DNA of 64,000 bases from the human T2T-CHM13v2.0 reference genome, Homo sapiens. A program made the position numbers and the translations under genes. This document shows, one piece after another, positions 1-13,938 of the stretch (its first letter is position 1; each line of letters opens with the position of its first letter). The notes under the pieces were generated by a model, which saw only the letters and a program-made list of their open reading frames with translations, had not been told where the DNA came from and did no database searches. The stretch lies in the NCBI RefSeq assembly GCF_009914755.1, contig NC_060938.1, one strand, 5' to 3'.

Positions 1-1494
1 TACCAATATAAAATATATTTTATTATATGAGTATTAGAAATAATCAAGAGGTTTTATGGTATTAGAGAAAATAATAATCAGCAATGATAATGTGTTCCAT
101 TAGTACATTGAGAGTATTTCTGATGAAGCATGGTTTTAAACTTAGATTCCATTATTTGCAACTTAAGATTTAGAGACTAAGAAAAAAAGCCTTGGAGGAA
201 ACAGCTACTTCTTTAAATCTTAGGAAAATATTGACTTGCTGGGGGAAGGTTAAAAGCACTAACTGATGTATACATATCTCCACTGTACATGGCTTTAGAG
301 GAGTGGCTAGAGGGAAAGAAAGGGTCTCTGTTGAGCAGGAGACAACAGCACCATACACTACATAAACCTGTCTACAAATAACAACTTATACTATAACATG
401 GCTATAGAACAAGGTTACCTATAGATAAAACACAACAATATCAGTTAGTTATTAGGGACCCAGGTAAAAATCTGAAATTAAATATTCTTTGAACAGTTAA
501 TAGGGAATTTACGATTCATGCAATTTCATTCCATCTACCCATCAATACATTTATTCATTTTTTCATTAATTTACTAAACAGTTATTTAAGGCTTTATATT
601 TGGCAGCAAAGGAAATACTGATGAAGCAAAATTTCATTTTTTTCATGTATATTTGGTCAAATAGGGATGAAGATAAAAATTTAATTAATGACTGTATCAA
701 TAAAGTCACAAACCCAGAAGTAATCAAGGATTACACCTAGAGTATTTTGTGGAGAATTTACTGATTGGTGTAGTGGTCCATGGACTGTTATGATTTGTAA
801 AATGTTTATTACTGACTTACAATGATGTAAATACAGAAATTGATAGTATATATTTAGAAAACTACATACTATTTTGACAGAGTAATTTGATACCTGTTGA
901 ATCAATAATATAGGCTTATGTTTTATATACTTTTTCATTTTTTTTCTAGTATCTTATTTTTGTCTTATTTTACAAAACTATCAGTCCACAAGGATTTGAG
1001 GAAAAATAAAAACCCATCCCTTATTGAACATGATTGGAGAGACCCTGCCCTTGAGAGTAAGCCAATTACTTTGTTATCTTATCCATCTCATAAACCCAGG
1101 GCCAGTTTTTATAGGCCAATTGTAAATATTCAGTTAACTCTGTTTGAAATGAGTTGACATTACTTTCATTAAGTTCAAAATTCTTATTTCCCAAATCATA
1201 ACAGATAAAAATAGAGAACTGGAAAAAATAAGCAAAGATAGAATATGAAAATAAGGACGATGACTCAAAATTCTTAAAATCAAAAGAAAACATGGATGAA
1301 GGGCCAAAATCCCTGCACTACTCCAGTGTTCTTAAAAGCATATACTTCACAGGAGAGTAACTGATCTTCAAAATTAGGAACCTGCATCAGGAAGAAAATA
1401 CTCTAAGTATATATTATTTATAATGATAAACAATGCAATACTTTTTTTAGAAAAATCCAAAATTTAAAAAAATGTAAAAAAATTAAAAAAAGTC

Positions 1495-1830
1495 ACACAA
1501 TGAACTATATAAAAGTTGTAAGAATGAAGTAATTACTACTACTAATAATATGGGTGAATCTCATAAGCATGCACAAAATAACCCAGAAACAAAAAGGTAC
1601 ATAATAAATGATTCTATTTATATAAAGTACAAAACAGGCAAAGCTAATCTGAGCTGTTAAAAGTCAAATAATGCTTTTCCTTTTGATAAAAATTAATTTG
1701 GAGGAGGAATGAAGGGTGTTTTGTAGGTGTAATACTTGTTCTTTTGTTTTTGGTACTGGTTAGAGAAATCTGATAATTTTGTGAAAATTCACTGGCCTAT
1801 ACATTTGTGATTTATTATACTTTTGAATAA
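1495..1830 (+). mobile_element. Old L1 (L1ME-type) 3' UTR fragment
   Basis: Contains L1ME 3' motifs such as tgattctatttatataaagtacaaaacaggcaaagctaatc and ttgtgaaaattcac...aataaac. Confidence 0.7.
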
Positions 1831-2190
1831 ACTTGAAAACAATCTTTTTTGTGTGTTTTGAAAGAATGAATATTCAGCTTTCTATAAAATTCTAACTTGA
1901 ATGATTATTTTCCTAAATATCTGGATAAATCAAGATTTTTATTGTTTTTGAGTTTATGTCTTGCTATAGAGCTTCTCCTTAAATTCAGTTGTTGATTACT
2001 AGTTTATAAGAAGTCTTTTCATGTAAGATTACTACTAAAAAAGTCATTGAGATTTGTAAAAAAAACTCGTCACAGTTGGGCAATAGCTCTGCAGATACAG
2101 TAGAGTACGTATTGGAGAATAACAATATTTGGAGATCAATGGATAGCTATAAAAAAGGCATCTTGTGTGTACTCTGGTTATGTATTAATA

Positions 2191-2672
2191 CAGTAGTCCC
2201 CTTATCCACAATTTCACTTTAGGGAGTTTCAGTTATCTGTGGTCAACTGTAGTCTGAAAATATTAAAGGAAATATTCCACAAATAAACAATTTGTAAGAT
2301 TTAAATTGTGCACCATTCTGAGTAGCATGATGAAATCTTGTGCCCTCTTACTCCATCCAGCCTGGGATGTGAATCACCCCTCTGTCCAGTGTATCCATGA
2401 TGTATATGCGACCTGCCTCTTAGTCACTTAGTAGCGGTTTTGGTTACCAGACCTACAAATTACAAGAAAAGGAAGGGTCAGTTAAGTACAATAAGACATT
2501 TTGAGAAACAGTGAAAGAGACATCACATTCACGTAATTGTGTTATATTGTTATAGTTTTGTTATTGCTATTGCTCAATTTTATTGGATAAGGGGAACTAC
2601 CATAACAATTGTTATTGTTATTACTCTATTTTACCATTAGCTACTGCTGTTAAACTCTTATTGTACCTTATT
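2191..2672 (+). mobile_element. MER44B (Tigger7-derived MITE), 3'-truncated
   Basis: Starts TA|cagtagtccccttatccac (MER44 TIR) and follows the MER44B body; the terminal ~100 bp are missing where the L1 tail begins. Confidence 0.85.
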
Positions 2673-3838
2673 TATTTTTAACATTTATTTATTTATTTTT
2701 ATTTTTAAAATGTTAAGTTCCAGGATACAAGTGCAGAACGTGTAGGTGTGCTATGGTGGTTTGCTGCACCTATCAACCTGTAATCTAAGTTTTAAGCCCC
2801 ACATGCATTAGCTATTTGTCCTAATGTTCTCGCTCCCCTCGCCCCCTACCCACTAACTAGCCTGGGTGTGTGTTCCCTCCCTGTGTCCATGTGCTCTCAT
2901 TGTTCAACTCCCACTTATGAGTGAGAACATGTGGTGTTTGGTTTTCTGTTCCTGTGTTAGATTGCTAAGGATAATGGCTTCCAGCTTCATCCATGTCCTT
3001 GCAGAGGACATGAACTCATTCTTTTTTATGGCTGTATAGTATTCCATGGTGTATATGTACCACATTTTCTTTATCCAGTCCATCACTGATGGGCATTTGA
3101 GTTGGTTCCATGTCTTTGCTATTGTAAATAGTGGTGCAATACACATATAGGTGCATGTGTCTTTATAGTAAAATGATTTATTTTTTGGTGGGGGGTGGGT
3201 TACATGCCTAGTAATGGGATTGCTAGGTCAAATGGTATTTCTGGTTCTAGATCCTTGAAGAGTCGCCACACTATCTTCCACAATGGCTGAACTAATTAAC
3301 ATTCCCACCAACGGTGTAAAAGTGTTTCTATTTCTCCACAGCCTCACCAACATCTATTGTTTCTTGACCTTTTAATTAATTGTCACCATTCTGACTGGCA
3401 TGAGACGGTATTTCATTGTGGTTTTGATTTGCATTTCTCTAATGACCAGTGATGTTGAGTTTTTTTTTTTTTTTCATGTTTCTTGGCTGCATAAATGTTT
3501 TCTTTTGAGAAGTGTCTTTTCACATCCTTTCCCCATTTTTGATGGGGTTGTTTTATTCTTGTAAATTTGTTTAAGTTCCTTGTAGATTCTGGGTATTAGA
3601 CCTTTGTCAAATGGGTAGATCGCATAATTTTCTCCCATTCTGTAGGTTGTCTGCCCACTCTGATGATAGTTTCTTCTGTTGTGCAGAAGCTCTTTAGTTT
3701 AATTAGATCCCATTTGTCAATTTTGGCTTTGGTGGCAGTTGCTTTTGTCGTTTCCGTCATGAAGCCTTTGTCTATGCCTATGTCTTGAATGGTATTGCCT
3801 AGGTTTTCTTCTAGGGATTTTATGGTTTTGGGTTTTAA
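2673..3838 (-). mobile_element. L1PA (about L1PA8) 3' end: ORF2 C-terminal remnant, 3' UTR and A-rich tail
   Basis: ORFs 2904-3146 and 3596-3946 translate to L1 ORF2p C-terminal peptides (WIKKMWYIYTMEYY; [15 protein letters not shown]). The 3' UTR has ttttaagccccacatgcattagc. Confidence 0.95.
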
Positions 3839-3839
3839 A

Positions 3840-4586
3840 ACACTATAGGTTCTCACCGTGGGCACCAGACTCCACCTAGAACTGGCAGGCTTCAGGCTGT
3901 CCCTGGCTTGAAGGTGAGATTTCAGCAGGGACCCACCCCTTTCCACCCAGGAGCCTGTCCTCCTCCTGCCTCTGTCAACATGCTGTCCACAGTGACCAGG
4001 TCATTTGTGCTGAGGGGCACCTGCAGGTCTGCACTGAGTCACCATCAGTCCCCCTCCCCAAGTCTCCCTCCCTGAGCTTGTCAGTGCCCAAAGGTTCAGA
4101 TGGGGCTGAGGCACTGACGAGTTCAGGGAGGGAGGCTCGGGGTGGGGGCACTGAGGGTGGCTCAGTGCATGCCTGGAGGTGCCCCATCAGTGCCCAAAGT
4201 TTCAGAAGGGGAAAGGGGGCTGGCATGTCAGCGCCACCCTGAGCGCACACACACCTGTCCAGGTCAAGACAGTGCCCAGGCTTAGCTTCAGCTTTCCTTA
4301 AAAATCAGAGCAGGTGCCGGGAGCAGGGAGAGGCCAGGGAGCAGGAGCAGGCACTGCTAAGTCTGCAAGGGTAGGGGGGGCTTCCTGGGCCCCAAGAGTG
4401 TATGGGTGCCTGAGTTCAGAGTTATGGCTGGGCAGCTGCAGCTGCACCCACCAACTCAGTAGGGAGTGGGGCTTCGACCTGTTCCCATCCCCCACTGGCT
4501 CCTTAAGCACACATCCCCACTGCACCTCCCCTGCTGCGGTCAGCATCGTTGCAGTGGTCCCTCCAGATGGGCCATCACTGCCATCA
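3840..4586 (-). mobile_element. MER52 LTR (ERV1), 5' half only
   Basis: GC-rich; the minus strand starts TGATGGCAGTGATGGCCCATCTGGAG like MER52; contains ggcttgaaggtg...acccacccctt. Confidence 0.85.
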
Positions 4587-5115
4587 CCATGTTTTTTTTG
4601 TTGGTGTTGTTTTTGCCTTTAACTGCTTTCTTCATTTTCTTTGCCTGAGATTGTACTATAAGATTTTACCACTCAATACCTTGAAGTATCATTATTATAG
4701 AATAAACAGCACATTAAGAAATAAACTCTTTAAGACAGAATTGGTCACGTAAAACAAATTGTACCCTTTTTAGGCCCCATAACCTTGATTGTTAATATTT
4801 AAGTAGGCTTCATTTAGTCCCATCTCTAGATAGTTAAGTATATCAATGGAAAGATAGATGGATAGTTAGATGGATAAGCATATATATAATGCCTGCTAAC
4901 TTGGGACTTTGTTGCAAAAAAAAGCAAATTACATATTAATAATGACTTAACCTACTGTTTGAAATACATACTTTTTAACAATACCCATACACCATGAATT
5001 GCAGATGCTGCAAGTGGATTCCGGTCCTGCGAATGGATTCTGATCAGTCTTCAAATCCCTTTTTTATTTATCAACTACTATGGCCAAATAAATAGTTCCT
5101 GTTTAGTTTGTATCT

Positions 5116-5345
5116 GTATTAGTTATCTATTGCTTTCTAACAAATTACTCCAAAACTTAGCAGCTTAATATATTTACTATCTCATATAGTTTCTGAAGAT
5201 CCATGATCCTGGAGCAGCTTGGCTGAGTGATTTATGCTAAGAGTCTCTAATGGCATTGTAGTCAAGCTGTTAGCCAGACGTGTAGTCGTCTTGAGGCTTA
5301 GCGGTGAAGGATCAGTTCACCTGATTATTAGCAAGCCTCAATTCC
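5116..5345 (-). mobile_element. MLT1 (F/G/H-type) MaLR LTR fragment
   Basis: tgtattagttatctattgc...aacaaattactccaaaacttagcagctta. Confidence 0.75.
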
Positions 5346-6544
5346 CTTAAACTACCTTCCAGCATTGCCATTATTAACATAAAGAGAAATTATATTTGAA
5401 TACATAATAAGAAAATATAATTATAGGAAAAAGAAAAACCTTTTTTGATTGAGTTGACAAACTTTGATATAAAATTATATTCTAAAATTTTTTAATGTCT
5501 ATGGCAGAGAGGTTAATACAACATTTTATTTTATATTACAGGATATCACCTGTCTTCAGGGATTTTATAGTATTTCATGGATATGGTTTGTGAAGAGTTT
5601 TGAGAGAAGAAGGTCTGCCCTTTTCACACAGTGAGAAAGTGTCCAAATTCTTATGCATTTCTAATCTGTAACACTATATTATTAATTGCTTATGTTAAAA
5701 AATAACAATTTTATTTAACTTGTGAGTACAGGTACACTTCAAATCTGTGCTGCATTTCTGAGGTTATGTATTTGTGTATACCCAGTTCTGCTTGAGAATC
5801 TTGTGGCATCAACCGCTTAGGAGACCAGAAGAGTCTTTTTGGCTTCTGAATGTTTTCTCTTGCCCTTTCTATTACCCTTAAAAGAAATTTCAATGATGGT
5901 ACAGATGACTGGAGTCTAGTGTGGACTGATTCTATGATGATAACTCGAAAACTTTGGAAGGTGTTTCAGGGATAGTAAGCACCAGGGAGAGCATCAGCAA
6001 CAGCATCATTTACAGTTCACAAGCAACCAAAATCCTAATAAATGGTCTGCACTGAAAATATATTGTGTTACAATTGTTGAAGAAAGATAGAATTCTTATA
6101 TCACTGATGATGAAACAGTACAAACAAAAATCAATGATATTTTAGCAAAACGAACATTTACAATGACGACAAGAGGTATTTCTTATTTTGTAATTTTTTG
6201 GCCCAGTATTGATCTAAATACAGAAAATGCCAATTGTTTTATGGGCAATATACACATAATTAGAGCTACATGGAAAATCTTCATATCATCTGTGAAATTA
6301 TTTTTGCTAGAATTTTTCATTTTTTGCCAAAGGCCTTTTTGTTAATTTAGTCATACATAAAAATAGTTTTCGTGTAAGAACAGCTTTCTATATTTTCTAG
6401 TCTAAAATTATTATCTATTTTTTCCTCAGGGAAAAAATAGTAATCTTGTATGTGTACTAGAGAAAAAAATAAATCAATATAAGGAATTGTCACAGTTAAT
6501 TCACATTTGATTATTCAAGGTTTTTGCACAGTGAATGGAACTTG

Positions 6545-6890
6545 GATCATTCAGGGAGGCTTTTGGCTTTCAGTATGAGAAAACTCAATTAAACATGGCT
6601 TAAGCAATATGGACAACTAATTCAAAAATTATACCCTAAAGCTCTAATGTGGTTCCAGAGCTGTTAAATTCGACACCTCTGAGAGGCTATTAGCTTTACT
6701 TTCATGATAACAAAATCAGTCATGTTGCTCCAGGAATTCTGTCTTTCCACATCAGTGACCAAGGCAGGCAAGAAGATAGGGCATGGGGTACCTTCTAGCA
6801 GCCATCTGTCTATCAAAGTAAAAGTTCTCTTTTGAAAAGTGAGCAATGAAGCAGGTTCCCATGGCCCATATCTATCAAGTGAAAGGGACT
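6545..6890 (-). mobile_element. MLT1J/K-like LTR, degenerate
   Basis: gagaaaactcaattaaacatggcttaagcaa resembles the MLT1J/K terminus. Confidence 0.5.
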
Positions 6891-7199
6891 ACAGATGAGC
6901 CCCTTTCTTCCATGTATGTCCAAAGTTAACTTGTTTACTTGGTAGTCATATCTTCTTTATAAAATAGAATGCAAGAGAAAACATTTGACCTTATTTTTGG
7001 TTGAGATTTGCAATAAATAGGTAATTTTAATATATTTTAATCTTATATACATTAAATAATTTAGTTAACATGCTTCAATTGGCTTCTCTGGAAACAATCT
7101 GAATAGCAACCACAATTGACAATAAGTAGGCTGGGCTAAAATTTAGTTTCTAGAATTATAAATACCTAAGTTAAATGTAAATGCACGACATTGGAAAAA

Positions 7200-7350
7200 T
7201 TGCTTTGTTTCATTTGTAAAGTGTGGATAATAATACTAGGGGTGTGTGAGTGTGTGTGTGTGTGTGTATATGGAACATTAAATAAGACCATGCTCATAAA
7301 ATGTCTAGCGTATTGTTTTGCAAAGTCAGCATTCAGCAAATATGAACTAC
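7200..7350 (+). mobile_element. MIR fragment with embedded (TG)n (about 7243-7268)
   Basis: MIR core catttgtaaagtgtggataataatac and 3' attaaataagaccatg...aaatgtctagc. Confidence 0.6.
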
Positions 7351-7525
7351 CAGAAGGTTAATAATGAACAAGAAGAAAAAGATGATGATTTGATCTTATA
7401 TTTCTAGCTCTGACCTGGAAACTAAGCATGTGCCACATGAATCACATATCCATAACCCTATATTGATGCGAGTAAGTTGACTATTTAGCACTCAGTTTCG
7501 TGTATATCCTTCTTCTTTTTCCTGT

Positions 7526-7706
7526 CATTTATTGAATATTGACTGTTCTCCAGACACTGTGCAAAGCTCTTCATTTGCCTTGTTTTAATCCCCAGTTAAT
7601 ACTTTTTACTGAAGAAAAAACAGATTCAGAAAGTTAAGTAAGTCATTCAAATCACAGGGAGAGACATAGGTTTGCTTTGCTTCCAGCTGCTGTTTTTAAC
7701 CACTGT
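7526..7706 (-). mobile_element. MIR
   Basis: catttattgaatatt...ccagacactgtgcaaag...cagattcagaaagttaagtaa. Confidence 0.7.
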
Positions 7707-7979
7707 AGAATTCTGCTTCTCTTTTACAATAGTTTTATGATTTGTTCTTCTTTTCTTTGTTTTTTTTTTTTTAACAAAATCCATCAATATAATTAATTTT
7801 AAACTAAAAATGTTGCCCTTGGGTTTAGAACTCTAGAGTTCTGTTTTTATTTTTCTTCTTTTCTCTTGTACTTTTCATTCATCACACATCCTCTTTACTT
7901 ACCTAATACACATGTGAAGGGATTGTATAAGAACAGCTTCAACCTGTTAACTAGTTTCCCTATACAAACATTGGCATTG

Positions 7980-8524
7980 TGTATTAGTCAGGGGTCTCTA
8001 GAGGGACAGACTGATAGGATATATGTATACATGAAAGGGAGTTTGTTAAGGAGAATTGACTAACACGATCACAAGGTAAAGTCCCTCGATAGGCTGTCTG
8101 CCAGCTGAGGAGCCAGGAAGCAAATCAGAGTCCCAAAACCTCAGAAGTACAGAAGCCAAGAGTGCAGCCTTCAGTCTGCAGCCAAAGGCCCGAGAGTCCC
8201 TGGCAAACCACTGGTCTAAGTCCAAGGGTCTGAAACCTGAAGAACTTGGGAGTCTGATGTGAGGGCAGGAAGCATCCAGCATGGGAGAAAGATGAAGGCC
8301 AGAAGACTCAGCAAGTCTGCTCCTTCCAATTTCTTCTGACTGCTTTATTCCAGCTGTGCTGGCAGCTGATTAGATGGTGCCCACTCAGACTGAGAGTGGG
8401 TCTGCCTCTCCCGTCCACTGACTCAAATGTTAATCTCCTTTGGCAACACTTTCGCAGACACACCCCCCGAGAACAAAAGTTTGCATCCTTCAATCCAATC
8501 AAGTTGACAGTATTAACCATCACA
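7980..8524 (-). mobile_element. MLT2A2 (HERV-L) solo LTR, full length
   Basis: tgtattagtcagggg...attaaccatcaca; perfect 5-bp TSD cattg at 7975-7979 and 8525-8529. Confidence 0.93.
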
Positions 8525-8736
8525 CATTGTAACTCTTTTCTTGATTTTTTTCCTATTAAAATTTATTATTTTTACTGAGTTTCTTCTCCGTTAATAAAGT
8601 ATTTTAAATTTTTTATAGGATATGCATACTTACTGACTAAACAGATAACAATGAGGTTTTCACATAAATTGGCATTTGCCTGTCTTATTGTAATACTGAG
8701 TTTTGAGTGGATGATGTAAGTGTTTATAGTTCAGGA

Positions 8737-9137
8737 GATGAATTGAATTGTGTTCCCCTAAAATTCATATGTCGAATCTCTAATCCCCAGTACTTCATAT
8801 GTGACTATATTTGAGCTTAAGGCCTTGAAACAGTGATTAAGTTAAAATGAAGTCTTTAGGGTGGGCCTTAATGTAATCTGAATGGTGTTCTTATAAGACG
8901 AAGAAATCTGGGCACACCTAAAGGCAGTGGACTTAAGCATGGAGAAATAAGGGACCATGTCAGGACACAATGAGGGGACAGCTATCACAAGCCAAAGAGA
9001 CAGGCCCTGGGAGAGCCCAACCCTGGCAACACGTTGATTTTAGACTTCCAGCCTCCAGATCTTTTTGAGAAAATAAATTTCTGTTGTTTAAGCCACTCAT
9101 TATACAGTATTTTGTTATGGCAGCCCAAGCTGACTAA
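8737..9137 (+). mobile_element. MLT1B LTR
   Basis: tgaattgtgttcccctaaaattcatatg...gagaaaataaatttctgttgtttaagccac...gttatggcagccc. Confidence 0.85.
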
Positions 9138-9599
9138 TTTATTGATTTATTTATTCAACGAATATTCACCACAATTCTCCACTTTACTCCAGATACATTC
9201 CTAGTGCCTTAGCATGCACGGTTGGATAAAGTGAAGCGTCCTGGAAATTATGAAATGTCTGTAGAATGTTACTACCATGGATGAAAAGAACAGAGTATAA
9301 AGTGAGGCTGAGATATTGTGATTCTTATTGTTGTTGTTGGAGACAATGATCAAAATCATGATCATGATAATGTACCATGAAAATCAAAATTTTCAGGTGA
9401 ATTTTTGTGAAAGAATTTTTTGTGGGAGATAGTGAAAGTGTATATATAACAGCGTGGATGCTGTTAAACTGATGTCACTCAATTGTTAGTAATTCTCTGT
9501 GTACTTGGGCAACTAAGTCCTTTTATACTGAGAAGTTCAATGTTATGAATAGCTTATAGAAATAGGTAACATCATTCTCTTCCCCATTCCCTGGCCCCT

Positions 9600-9865
9600 A
9601 CTTTATATATATATATATGGATAGACAGTTATATAATATATTTATATATGATTATGTAATTATATAATTATATATAATATAAATATATTTATTTATAAAT
9701 ATAAATTTATAATATATTATAAATTTGTAATTATATATATTATAAATACAATAATTACACATATAGAGAGAGTGGGAACCAGGACTATATTTTTATATAT
9801 AGTAGGAGCCAAGAACTGTATTTATATATGGTATATAAATATAAATAAATATAAATATATATCTA
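9600..9865. repeat. AT-rich (TA)n-derived low-complexity tract with internal palindrome
   Basis: Almost all A/T; perfect 24-bp palindrome at 9703-9726. Confidence 0.9.
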
Positions 9866-10871
9866 TCTTCTGATTTTCATGGAAGTTGAAATGCCTCATA
9901 AGAGAATGACATGTTTAGACATATTAGGTGTATGGATTGGCATGTAAAAATGGAGACAATTGGCAGGAGGTTGAGCTATCAGAGAAAATGTCACCAAGGA
10001 ACTTGTGAAGTGTGGCATGATGAGACAGCTTTAACGACAGGGCCTGAGGTTCCTAGTACTGTGTGACAGCTTTGACCTAGATTTTCTAGAAGCAGATATG
10101 TGCTGTGGGGATAAAGAACTGTGTGAAATGCTGAAAGAGTTGTGTCTTTAAAGTCTGTATTAATTTGAGAAGCAGAATAAAAAGGAGACATTTGACTATT
10201 TTCTTCAGAGAGTTCAAACAGCACCTTTATCTGTTGGCAATGCAGCAACAACACAAGTGTAAGCCTAGATGGCATTCTGGTAGTTGTCTAAGTGGGAAAC
10301 AGAGGGCTTGGAGGAGAGGACTAGGCAGTCTATGGAGCGCAATCTGAGTGAAGCTGGCCTTGGTCCTGATGAGTCTTAGGTCCATTGGGCATATAATCCA
10401 AGGCTGTATACATTCTAGATGGAGAGAGCTTCTTGAAAGAAGGCTGCAGTTCTGCAGATGTGGAGTTTCAAAATGTGGAACCAATAGCTAACCTGATTTA
10501 CTTGTTTTTCACATGTGGATCATGTTTTGGGATCATTTTTGATGGCACTGTGACATATCCCCCAAACCAAGGGGAGATAATCAAATTGACTACTGAGTGT
10601 CCTTATTGGAAACGTTTATTATGTGTAAGGCTTGAAACTAAAATATAATTCTCATGTTACTCATTTTCTAGTATGATTTAAGGTCTTCAAAATTTTTTAA
10701 CACATGATTTTGTAGGAATCCAAGCATCACAGTTATTCTTTGTTATACCCACAATTTTATAACTCAGAACAAAATAATGGTTTTATACTGTAATTAAATT
10801 GGACAATTTCCAAATTTTGACTCTTTTTAAGAACAGTTAAAAAGAAATGCCAACAGTGGAATTAAGATTCC

Positions 10872-11148
10872 TGCCTGTAATCCAAGCACTTTCGGAGGCG
10901 GAGGCAGGTAGATTGCTTGAGCCCAGGAGTTCGGGACCAGCCTGGGCAAATGGCAAAACCAAACCTTAGACAGGTGTGGGATCGTGCACCTGTAATCCCA
11001 GCTACTTGGGAGGCTGAGTTGGAAGGATGGCTTGAGTTTGGGAGGCCGAGTTTGCAGTGAGCTGAGATAACGCACTTCAGCCTGGGTGACGGAGTGAAAC
11101 CCTTTCTCAAACAAAACAAAACAAAACAAAACAAAACAAAACAAAAAC
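10872..11148 (+). mobile_element. AluJ, 5'-truncated with internal deletions; (CAAAA)n tail
   Basis: gcttgagcccaggagttcg and ggaaggatggcttgag are J-type; pentanucleotide tail at 11108-11148. Confidence 0.9.
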
Positions 11149-12639
11149 ACATTCCGACAGTAAAGTCTATTCTATTTTTAGCTCTTTTACTGAATTTCTG
11201 AATGACTTAAGTTTGCTCAATCATTTTCCTCAGTTGCACTAACAAAAAATAAGCAAAGAACAATGGTGAATAAAGTAAGATGACAATTCCCTGAAAGATC
11301 ATTTCAGTAATATGCAGTCTACACAATAAAGCAATATTACACAAATATAGTATATGCAGTGCTGTTATCTGATTTGCAATAACTGTTATCTGAATTTATA
11401 ATAACTATTCCCTTGCACTTTCTTTTTTTGGAGAGTTATCCATTTTGCTTTGAAATAGATTTTTTTCTGAATGCAATTTCTTGCTCTCTTCCTATATAAT
11501 TTGTGGTTTTCATTTCTTAATCTCTTTTATAGTCTAAATTGAAAATCTGAAGAGAGTTCACATTTATGTTACCATCTGCAGTCTTTAACTGAAGCGCTGA
11601 AGTCATCCCCGGTTTATGAGCCTGTTGTAACTGCCAGATACTAAATTCCAACTACAACGTATTTTCAGTCTATTTCAGAAAGGAGGATAAACATGTCAGA
11701 TAACCTTTACCTCTTCTGTCAATTCACATAAATATAAAACTCATTAAAACATTTTTAACTATACCCTATTTGTCTAAATAAATCAAGTAGATGTAAAGCC
11801 AGTTTTTTTTAATTCTCATTTGCCCTGTGTTTTACGAAATCCTGAATCTCTACTACCAGATATTTCTATAGCCACCAAAACAAACCTAGTTACAAATAGA
11901 ACAGTCTCTGTGATGGTAAAATATTTAAAATAATATTTTTACGTTGCTCATTTAGGTGTATTGCATTGGGGGTGGATAGTGAAATATAGATGAAAGGATG
12001 TGATCACATTTAACTCTGCAAAATAAAAAATTGACAAGCACTTATTAGTTTATAGGCATTAGGAGCTAGGACAGACTTTAGCTGTTGTATTTCTAATAAC
12101 TTAAAATGCATGTAATTAAATAATGATTTGGGGAAAACTTTCATATATACTATGTATGTAGTGCTATTATTAAAACTGTAAATTTAATTTGATTGTGTCA
12201 TGGCTTAATTGCTACAGTTTTCATTGGTAATACACATCTGAGAATGTTCTCAGAGCTTAAGATTATGCTTCTATCTGTGTCCGGTAGTAAATATATCTGT
12301 ATGGGCAGATAACGTGGTGTTTATCAAGAGTTTAGAGCACATTTTCAAAATTTTATTTTCTTGAAAAAATTATAGATTCCCTGGGCCCCACATTAAAATT
12401 CTGATTAATGAGATCTGAGATGAGTCATAAAATAGTACAGAGTATTCATGTGTGTATACTTTCTTCTTGTTGTGCTGGTGCTGGTGGTTGGGAAGAAAGA
12501 GAATATATTGATATTAAGCAATACAGAAGTGATAGTCTTAAATGCTCCTTTTGCTTAAAAAATAAATAAAAAGCTCTGTTTCTACTTCACCATTAGGCTT
12601 TTTCAATACTGAAAGAAGAGAATGATTTTGGTCAGTTAA

Positions 12640-13080
<441 letters not shown>

Positions 13081-13617
13081 GCATCAGTTGTTCTTGTAGA
13101 GACTTGATTGCACTCTGTTGGCTGCGAGGCTGAGAAATTAAGTAACCCCAGAGAGTAAGAAATTGAGCACCTCCATTATTTGACTCTGCCTCTTCCCCAG
13201 GGAAGAGAATGGAATTTTGACTTCACAGGGAAGACTGGCTAGTTGTTGCCTTCTGTCTCCTTAGATTCTACTACTAACAGTTGTAAATACTGTCAGTTAC
13301 AACATTTTACTGTAGCGTATAAATTAACTCATAATACAGGCTTTAGGAACATGCTAAGATTTTTCTTCCTGAATAAGCCACATCATCAATTGATTTTCCT
13401 AGTGTCTTTTAAATACTCAATGAAATAACAACACTGAAGATTACTAAACACACAGAAAAACAATTATCCAATGAAAATCACTTTTGCTTAATATTTTCAG
13501 CAAATTGTTTTTCCTAAAAATAGTTGGGAGGTTATTATTCATTTAGTGGAATTGAAAGTTTATATTGTACCATGAAAAAAGTCAGAAAATAAATGTAATA
13601 AGAAAATAGATCATCCT

Positions 13618-13938
<321 letters not shown>

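Noticed and set aside
2904-3946. ORFs with recognisable protein motifs
   Set aside because: Frameshifted C-terminal fragments of L1 ORF2p in a 5'-truncated element, not a gene
3975-4648. Cluster of overlapping ORFs in a GC-rich island
   Set aside because: GC-rich, CpG-depleted MER52 LTR; few stop codons by composition; not a CpG-island promoter or CDS
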